Shown: one piece after another, positions 16,544 to 23,045 of the stretch
Layout of the letters: each line of letters starts with the position of its first letter
Position numbering within the stretch: the first letter of the stretch is position 1
Assembly (NCBI GenBank): GCA_027021705.1
Contig: JALUTT010000162.1
Coordinates: forward strand, 1-23,045
Reading direction: 5' to 3'
Length of the DNA stretch: 23,045 bases
Source of the DNA: Anaerolineae bacterium
GTDB lineage: Bacteria; Chloroflexota; Anaerolineae; S140-20
Made by a program: the position numbers and the translations under genes
The notes under the pieces: model-generated
Database searches by the model: none
Told to the model about the DNA's origin: nothing
Seen by the model: only the letters and a program-made list of their open reading frames with translations

Positions 16544-17827
16544 CTACTCCATAGCCGGCTGTAGCGCCGCTTCCCCCGTTGGAAGGGAAGAGACGACGGG
16601 ACGCAGCGCGTAGACCACCAGGGGGCGCTTCTTCCCCTTAGCCCGCACCAAGCGGGACTCGCCCAGCGACGGCTTCTCGCCCAGGTAAGGCAAGGTCTCG
16701 CCGGAGATCAGGATCTCGCCAGGACCGGCCGCGCTCCCCAGGCGGGAGGCGGTGTTGACCGCATCGCCGATGGCGTCGAAGCGCCGGGTATGCCGGCCCC
16801 CCATCAGTCCCTCGATCACCTCCCCCATATGGATCCCGATCCCCACCGCCAACCCCCACGCCTGCAGCCGCTCGCTGACCGCCTCCCGCAAACTGTAGGC
16901 TGCCGCCACCGCGTCGTCGGGATGGGCGAAACGGGTCAGAACGCCGTCACCGATGAAAGCGGGAGGGGAGCCCCCGAAGCGGGCGATGACCTCCTCCGCC
17001 ACATCGTAGTACTCCTCCAGCATCCTCGCCACCGTCGCCGGTGACTCCCGCTCGCTCCAGGCGGTGAAGTTCCGAATGTCCATAAAGAGGATGGTGCGCC
17101 GAACCCTCTGGAGGGCCATCACCGAGGGGTCTTGCAGAGCCTGCTCGATCAGGTCGGCGCCAAACCCCCAGTCAGCGTACTGCTTGAGCTGACGGGCAGC
17201 CCGCTGCAAGAAGTGCGCATAACGGTCGGTCTGAGCCTCGGCGACCCCCAGCAGCAACCCCAGAAGACCACTGGCGACGAAGATGAACTGGTGATCCGAG
17301 GCCCTCAAGTAGTAGCCCAAGGTTGTCCAGGAGAAGGCCACCCAGACCTGCGGGGTGACCTCGGCGACATAGTAGATGGTGGAAAAGAGCATCGCCCGGA
17401 TCAGGCTCTGCAACACGATGAAGAACTGTCGCCAACGCACCCCATCGAAGTCCTGCAGGGCCTCCGTGAGCCCCATCAACAACCCAAACCCCCAGTAGAC
17501 CCAGTGGTAGGGCAGGGCGAAGAAGGCCCACCCTTCTAGGGGCAGTTCGCTCAGGGTGTAAATCAGTGGACCGACCAGGTTGAAGGCCAGCCGCTGCCAG
17601 CCATGCCGCCGACGGCATCCCAGGCTGTAGGCCTGGACGAAAGCGGCGGCAAAGAGGAGATAATGGCTCGGCTCAAGCAGGTAACTGACCACCCCCTCAC
17701 TGCTGATGGAACGGATGGCGTCGAAGAAAGGGAAGAGAGCGCTGTTGGTGACGAAGGCTCGTCCCACGCGCATCCAGCGCCCCCCCTCGATCTGCTCGAT
17801 TAACCCCAAGGCGCGTTGTCGGCTCAT
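16544..17827 (-). CDS. Membrane-anchored class III nucleotidyl (adenylate/guanylate) cyclase
   Basis: Hydrophobic N-terminal half; ILFMDIRNFT, FIGDG, GIGIHMG, FDAIGDAVNTASRL, AKGK. Start placed at ATG 17827 (GGAGG upstream). Confidence 0.88.
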   Translation of the reverse strand: MSRQRALGLIEQIEGGRWMRVGRAFVTNSALFPFFDAIRSISSEGVVSYLLEPSHYLLFAAAFVQAYSLGCRRRHGWQRLAFNLVGPLIYTLSELPLEGWAFFALPYHWVYWGFGLLMGLTEALQDFDGVRWRQFFIVLQSLIRAMLFSTIYYVAEVTPQVWVAFSWTTLGYYLRASDHQFIFVASGLLGLLLGVAEAQTDRYAHFLQRAARQLKQYADWGFGADLIEQALQDPSVMALQRVRRTILFMDIRNFTAWSERESPATVARMLEEYYDVAEEVIARFGGSPPAFIGDGVLTRFAHPDDAVAAAYSLREAVSERLQAWGLAVGIGIHMGEVIEGLMGGRHTRRFDAIGDAVNTASRLGSAAGPGEILISGETLPYLGEKPSLGESRLVRAKGKKRPLVVYALRPVVSSLPTGEAALQPAME

Positions 17828-17907
17828 TGTTCCAAGGTTCCTCCGGCCTCGCACTCCTGCCCGGTGCGCTATCCAACGGCCAAGCGGGTAAGGGCGAAGA
17901 CCCGCTA

Positions 17908-18930
17908 TCAATCGTCTCCTCGCTCGCCCTCTTCCTCTCGACCGGTGGGATGGCATTCCACACAGTTCTCGAAGTTTCGGATGCCCTCCTCCAGGTGCTC
18001 CTGTTCCACCTTAGCCGGGTCGTGCTCGTGGCAGTTGTAGCAGGTATAGGTGACGTAGTTGGCCGGATGGCAGACCTGGCACTCCACCTCGGTGCGGCTG
18101 CCGTGGTTCAGCGGAAAGGTGTGCTCCCGCAGGCGGGCCGGCGTCCACGCCTCCGTGCTGTGGCAGGCAGCGCAATCGGTGCCGAACTGCCCCCGATGGA
18201 TGTCGGGCTCCTCGTGACAAGCCACGCAGTCCGAGGAGAGCCCCTTGAACTGACGGTTGACGTGACAATCGGTGCAGGCCAGGTCGGCGTGGGCCCCCTC
18301 CAGAGGGAAGAGGGCGGCGTGGTCGAAGCCGGCCATCGCACCGGTGCCGTCGTGGCAGGAGAGGCAGTCCCGACCGAAGTCGGCCACGTGCTGGGTCGTA
18401 AAGCCCCGGTCTAGGTCCGCGTGGCAGCTTTCGCAGAGCACCTGGTCGAAGGCATAATCCGCCGAGGGGTGACAGTCGGCGCAGGTGAAGGGCTGCCCAT
18501 CGGCTTGGCGGCGGTGGCGGATCAGGGAGAAGCCCACCTCCTGGTGGGGGAAATCGGCGATGGAAATGGCCGTGATGTTGGCCTCGCGCCCCCGGTGGTC
18601 TGTGTGGCAGAGGGTGCACCGGTCGGGGTTCTCCAGCCGCCCGTGGAGGCCGCCGTGGTCGGCGATCTGGTCCCGGACGTTGGTGTGGCAGGCGACACAG
18701 CGGAGGGGGTCAGGCCCCCGCCAGGGAGCGTGGCAGAGGGTGCACCGGTTCTCGAAATCGGCGTGGGAGCGATACCCCTCCAGGGGGGTGCCCCGGGAGC
18801 TGGCCGCCGTCACGGGACCGGGGCTGAAGAGTCCCCCACCGTTGAGCAGGGTATAGCCGAGGACAGCGACCAGGACGATGAAAGCGGCGATGAAGCCGGT
18901 CAGGGAAAGGCATCCCAGCGGTTTCTTCAT
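17908..18930 (-). CDS. 12-heme cytochrome c with N-terminal membrane anchor
   Basis: MKKPLG... followed by a TM helix, FSPGP, and 12 CxxCH motifs counted. Confidence 0.9.
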   Translation of the reverse strand: MKKPLGCLSLTGFIAAFIVLVAVLGYTLLNGGGLFSPGPVTAASSRGTPLEGYRSHADFENRCTLCHAPWRGPDPLRCVACHTNVRDQIADHGGLHGRLENPDRCTLCHTDHRGREANITAISIADFPHQEVGFSLIRHRRQADGQPFTCADCHPSADYAFDQVLCESCHADLDRGFTTQHVADFGRDCLSCHDGTGAMAGFDHAALFPLEGAHADLACTDCHVNRQFKGLSSDCVACHEEPDIHRGQFGTDCAACHSTEAWTPARLREHTFPLNHGSRTEVECQVCHPANYVTYTCYNCHEHDPAKVEQEHLEEGIRNFENCVECHPTGREEEGERGDD

Positions 18931-18943
18931 CGAACCATCTCCC

Positions 18944-19741
18944 CTAGCTGTAGTAGAGCGCCCCGATGATGTGCAGGAAGGCGGCCGTGAAGAGGGCCAT
19001 GCCCAAAGGGACGTGGATGGCATGCCAGAGGGCCATCAGACGACGCACGGCGACCAGGGAGAGCATCTGGCGCTGGAGGGCCCGGCGGCGGAGGAGGAGC
19101 CGCTCTAGTTCGGCGGCCTGCCGGCGGGTGATCCGGTCCAGGCGGGCCACCTCCCGCCGCCAGCGCCGCTTGTAGTCCCATTCGAGGAGCGCCCGCCCCA
19201 GCACGGCCAGCGGCCCACCGCCGGTGACGACGGGGAGTTCACTCATCTGGGTGGCTAGGGCTTGCAGTGGGGCAGGCCGGGCCTCCAGCCAGGCCTGAAG
19301 CTGGGCCTCGGCTTGACGGATAGCCGCCTCCAGTTGGGCCGCCTCCACCTCGGCCCCGGCGGGCGTGCGGGGCACCGCCGTGTAGATGTAGCGGCCGATG
19401 AAGCCGCTGGCGACGACCGTGACCGTCAGCAGCATCGTCACGCCGGCCAGCCCGGCGAACTGGAAGCCGGTGTGCAAGAAAACCATGTAGGGGCCGACGA
19501 TGCCCATAAAGATGTGTACCTGAAGCCAGGTCCGCATCCGCCCCCACCGCACCCGTCGGCTCCGCTTGCGCAGCGAGTAGAGGGTCTCCGTCGCCAGCAT
19601 CATCAGGAAGCCGACGATGCCGATGCCGTGGCCGACAAGGGAGCTGGGACGGGGCGGCCCCAGCAGCACCAGGGGCAGGTAGACGGCGGTGAGCAGGAGG
19701 ATGGCGATGAGGGCGGCCAATAGTTCGCGGTTGTGATCCAT
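18944..19741 (-). CDS. Integral membrane protein, probable heme b-binding (ferric reductase TM-like)
   Basis: About 5 TM helices with His pairs in WLQVHIFMG...FLHTG and LWHAIHVPL...FLHI; RBS GGAGG before ATG 19741. Confidence 0.6.
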   Translation of the reverse strand: MDHNRELLAALIAILLLTAVYLPLVLLGPPRPSSLVGHGIGIVGFLMMLATETLYSLRKRSRRVRWGRMRTWLQVHIFMGIVGPYMVFLHTGFQFAGLAGVTMLLTVTVVASGFIGRYIYTAVPRTPAGAEVEAAQLEAAIRQAEAQLQAWLEARPAPLQALATQMSELPVVTGGGPLAVLGRALLEWDYKRRWRREVARLDRITRRQAAELERLLLRRRALQRQMLSLVAVRRLMALWHAIHVPLGMALFTAAFLHIIGALYYS

Positions 19742-19748
19742 AGGCAAC

Positions 19749-21068
19749 CTACCTCCCGTCCTGCACAAAGTGGCGAAGCACCTCGGCGATGGGGACGTGA
19801 GGGGACTGGAGCGCCGGCAGGATGGGGCCGATGTCCACCTGCTCCGCGATCAGGCGTTGGACCAGGGGCGAGAGGGTCTGGTCACCGACGATGACAGCCC
19901 CCACCAGCCGGTTGTCCTTGATGACCAGCCGCTGGCGGTTGATCTCGTGCTCGTCGTGGACGACCAGCACGTCGGGGATGCCGCGCCAGACCTCGCTGTC
20001 GCCCCGGGCGATGGTGACCAGGTCACCGTCGGGCTCCCGGCGGCGGCCCACCGCGCCGATGAGGGTCACGACCAGACCGGCGAGCCGGGTGACGTTGAGG
20101 GGTACCCCCTTTCGGTAGACGGTGGGGACGCCGGCCATGTTGGCCCCGGCCGCGCGCCCCTGGGCCACGGCCACCGGCCAGAGCACGTCCAACTGGGCCT
20201 GGCCCGTCAGCGGGTCCACCACCTGGGCCACGTCGCCAGCGGCATAGACGCCGGGCACGCTGGTCTCCAGCCGTTCGTTGACCAGGATGCCCCGGTCCGT
20301 CCGGATGGGGGTATCGGCCACCAACTCCAGCCGGGGGCGGACCCCGATGGCGACGGCGACCATCTGACAGCGGAGGAGCTTCCCGTCCTTGGTCTCGACG
20401 GCGGCCACTTTGACGCGGCCCCGCCAGTCCTTCTTGCCCAGGATCTGGCCGATCTCCGTCCGGTAGTGGATCTGGACCCCCTCGTGGGTCAGGCGGCGCT
20501 CGATGAGGCGCGACTCCTCCGGCGTCAAGACGCTGCTCCAGAAGCGGTCCCGGCGCAGGAAGTAGTGGACGCGCACGCCCTGGGCCCGCAGCCCCTCGAC
20601 GATCTCCAGGGCGGTGATGCCACCGCCGACGACGACGGCTGTCTTCGCCTTGCGGGCCAGCCGGAGAATGCGGCGGGCGTCGTCCAGGTTGTCCAGCGTG
20701 ACGACGCCCGGCAGGTTAGCGCCGGGGAAGGGAGGGGGCACGGCGGCCGCGCCGGTGGCCAGGAGCAGGGCGTCGTAGGAGAGCCGGCGCCCGTCCTCCA
20801 GCACCACCTGCCGGGCCTGGAGGTCCAGGCGGACCGCCCGTCCGGTGACGCGCTCCAGCCCCAGCCGGTCCAGTTCCCGCTCGGAGCGGGGGAAGAGCTG
20901 GCTCTGGGGCAGCTCGTTGGTCAACAGGTAGGCGAGGCCCGGACGGCTGTAGTAGCCGTAGGGCTCCTCGGTGACGAGGGTGATGGTCGCGTCAGGGCAA
21001 TGTTGGCGGATGGTCTCGGCGGCGCTGAAGCCGGCCGCCCCCATCCCGATGATCAGATGGCGGGCCAT
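19749..21068 (-). CDS. FAD-dependent pyridine nucleotide oxidoreductase (NirB/rubredoxin reductase-like)
   Basis: IIGMGAAG, YSRPGL, LLLATGA, VVGGGITALE, TSVPGVYAAGD. Confidence 0.9.
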   Translation of the reverse strand: MARHLIIGMGAAGFSAAETIRQHCPDATITLVTEEPYGYYSRPGLAYLLTNELPQSQLFPRSERELDRLGLERVTGRAVRLDLQARQVVLEDGRRLSYDALLLATGAAAVPPPFPGANLPGVVTLDNLDDARRILRLARKAKTAVVVGGGITALEIVEGLRAQGVRVHYFLRRDRFWSSVLTPEESRLIERRLTHEGVQIHYRTEIGQILGKKDWRGRVKVAAVETKDGKLLRCQMVAVAIGVRPRLELVADTPIRTDRGILVNERLETSVPGVYAAGDVAQVVDPLTGQAQLDVLWPVAVAQGRAAGANMAGVPTVYRKGVPLNVTRLAGLVVTLIGAVGRRREPDGDLVTIARGDSEVWRGIPDVLVVHDEHEINRQRLVIKDNRLVGAVIVGDQTLSPLVQRLIAEQVDIGPILPALQSPHVPIAEVLRHFVQDGR

Positions 21069-21077
21069 AGAGTGCTC

Positions 21078-21359
21078 TCAGAAGGTGTTGCTTAGGATAC
21101 GCTCGAGGCTGTGGGGAATTTGCTCGAAGCGGAGGGCGCCTCGAGGGCAGCGGGCGACGCACTCGCCGCAGGTGATGCAGTGGCCGCCGTTCACCGGCTC
21201 TCCGCGCCAGGCGTGAGCCCGCACGTCAATACCCAGAGGACAGTTGAAGGAGCAGATGCCGCACTGGACGCAGCGGCTGGAATCGGGCACGACCCGGCCG
21301 GCGGCCAGCGCCTTGCTGCGACGCCTCTCGTAGTCGAACAGAGAACCCAGCAATCCCAA
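21078..21359 (-). CDS. 2x[4Fe-4S] ferredoxin-like protein
   Basis: CVQCGICSFNCP and CITCGECVARCP; TTG start with a GAGGAGAGG RBS. Confidence 0.85.
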   Translation of the reverse strand: MGLLGSLFDYERRRSKALAAGRVVPDSSRCVQCGICSFNCPLGIDVRAHAWRGEPVNGGHCITCGECVARCPRGALRFEQIPHSLERILSNTF

Positions 21360-21428
21360 CGGTTTCCTCTCCTCAGAGCCCTATCTCGAACCCCATCTCG
21401 CCCTTTCAATCTCATCCAATGCCCTCCA

Positions 21429-21494
21429 AATATACCACAGAAATGGGCTGTGGGAGGTTAAGTACCTGTTAAAATCTGGCTAACGCTGGGTTAA
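21429..21494 (-). promoter_or_regulatory. Promoter of the redox operon with four 11-bp-spaced TTAAC direct repeats
   Basis: Plus-strand GTTAA/GCTAA at 21457, 21468, 21479 and 21490; extended -10 TGgTATATT at 21437-21429 on the minus strand. Confidence 0.6.
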
Positions 21495-21529
21495 AGCGCC
21501 TTGCGTAGGCCTACGGATGGCACGGGTTT

Positions 21530-22096
21530 TGGGATAGGACACGGATGACACGGATAGAACGGATAGACACGGATTTCTTTAAAAAATTTGAAAGTATCCG
21601 TGCTTATTCGTCCAATCCCTGTCTATCCGCGTCCCATCCATTCATCAAAATATCCGGCGTTCCATCCCATCCCCTGTTGCCTTCTTCTCCTAGACGTGAT
21701 AAGATAGAACACGGATGACACGGATACAACGGGTAAACACGGCCTTTTCGGAGAAAAGCATTCGTGCTCATCCGTCCCATCCGTGTTCATCTGTGTCCCA
21801 TTGATAGAACACGGACGACACGGATGCTACGGGTAGACGCGGATTTCGGGATGGAACACGGATAGCACGAATACAACGGGTAAACACGGCCTTTTCGGAG
21901 AAAAGCATTCGTGCTCATCCGTCCCATCCGTGTTCATCTGTGTCCCATTGATAGAACACGGACGACACGGATGCTACGGGTAGACGCGGATTTCGGGATG
22001 GAACACGGATAGCACGAATACAACGGGTAAACACGGCCTTTTCGGAGAAAAGCATTCGTGCTCATCCGTCCCATCCGTGTTCATCTGTGTCCCATT
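21530..22096. repeat. Hairpin repeat array upstream of the GxxExxY gene
   Basis: One diverged unit at about 21532-21640, then an exact 147-bp tandem (atacaacggg at 21724, 21871, 22018). Each unit has CACGGAT-rich left and ATCCGTG-rich right arms. Confidence 0.92.
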
Positions 22097-22115
22097 CCTC
22101 TAGAAGGGGGCAGGA

Positions 22116-22514
22116 ATGCTGCACCAGGAGACCACGGGGGCGATCATTAAGGCCTTCTACACGGTGTACAATACCCTGGGCTACGGCTTCTTGGAGAAGG
22201 TCTATGAGAACGCCCTGGCTCACGAACTGACCAAACTCGGGCTGAAGGTCGGTCAGCAAGTGCCCATCGAGGTGTACTACGATGGCCAACTGATGGGGAA
22301 GTATTTTGCCGACCTGGTGGTAGAGGGCCGCGTCATCGTGGAAATAAAGGCTGCTGAGCGCTTGCGCCCGGAGCACGATGCTCAGCTCCTCAATTACCTC
22401 AAGGCCACCAAGATCGAAGTGGGACTGCTGCTCAACTTCGGCCCCCAACCGGAATTCAGCCGTAAGATTTTTACCAATGACCGGAAAAGAGGACACAGAA
22501 GAAATAGAGGATAG
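22116..22514 (+). CDS. GxxExxY protein (PD-(D/E)XK nuclease superfamily)
   Basis: LGYGFLEKVYENAL, YFADLVVEGRVIVEIKA, QLLNYLKAT, GLLLNFG; 132 aa. Confidence 0.93.
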   Translation: MLHQETTGAIIKAFYTVYNTLGYGFLEKVYENALAHELTKLGLKVGQQVPIEVYYDGQLMGKYFADLVVEGRVIVEIKAAERLRPEHDAQLLNYLKATKIEVGLLLNFGPQPEFSRKIFTNDRKRGHRRNRG

Positions 22515-22870
22515 AACACGAATGACACGGATGCAACGGATGGACACAGATTTTCTGGAAAAACACCTGGAAAGTACCGGTGTTCATCCGTCCCATCCGC
22601 GTTCATCCGTGTCCCATTGATAGACCACGAATGACACGAGCACAACGGACGGACACAGATTTTCTGGAAAAACTTCTGGAAAGCATCCGTGTTCACCCGT
22701 CCCATCCGCGTTCATCCGTGTCCCATTGATAGACCACGAATGACACGAGCACAACGGACGGACACAGATTTTCTGGAAAAACTTCTGGAAAGCATCCGTG
22801 TTCACCCGTCCCATCCGCGTTCATCCGTGTCCCATTGATAGACCACGAATGACACGAGCACAACGGATGG
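22510..22870. repeat. 109-bp hairpin tandem repeat downstream of the GxxExxY gene (3 full copies plus 1 partial)
   Basis: gataga(a/c)cacgaatgacac starts at 22510, 22619, 22728 and 22837. Confidence 0.95.
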
Positions 22871-22917
22871 CAATTGGACATTGAGGTGGAAGAAGAACTG
22901 TAACGGGAGGTGTTGCC

Positions 22918-23045
22918 ATGCCTGCCTGGTTGGAAGCCCCGATGACCCTCGTGACCATCGTCGCCGCCCTCTTCTTCTTGGCCTGGCTGGTGGGACGCGA
23001 CCAGTTGTCCCCGACGGTCAAGCGCTGGGGATGGGCCAGCGTGAT
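22918..23045 (+). CDS. 5' end of a membrane protein (partial)
   Basis: GGGAGG RBS, then MPAWLEAPMTLVTIVAALFFLAWLVGRDQLSPTVKRWGWASV, open to the window end. Confidence 0.6.
   Translation, partial: MPAWLEAPMTLVTIVAALFFLAWLVGRDQLSPTVKRWGWASV

Noticed and set aside
19749..21068. Nitrite reductase nirB
   Set aside because: Only the FAD/NAD module is present; there are no Fe-S or siroheme domains.
21700..22870. CRISPR array or small repeat-encoded ORFs around GxxExxY
   Set aside because: Units are near-exact tandem copies without unique spacers; the short ORFs are translations of the repeat.

Overview
GC-rich bacterial window, probably Chloroflexota/Anaerolineae (inferred from a C-terminal VYLPLVVR motif and DUF5666/DUF5667-like proteins). 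Left to right it holds: the 3' end of a radical SAM gene; a large NLR-like STAND ATPase with about 16 helical repeats, bracketed by inverted palindromic elements and next to a MITE-like element; a ~0.9 kb modular palindromic repeat array; a larA-like / four-carbon sugar-acid kinase / pdxA operon; two tandem TerC paralogues; a stand-alone receiver domain with Glu at the phosphoacceptor site; a minus-strand redox cluster (ferredoxin, FAD oxidoreductase, His-rich membrane protein, 12-heme cytochrome, class III cyclase, DUF5667-like 16-heme cytochrome, surface protein with 7 DUF5666-like repeats); a GxxExxY nuclease-family gene embedded in tandem hairpin repeats; and the start of a membrane protein gene. 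All family assignments come from motif recognition by eye, not from database searches.
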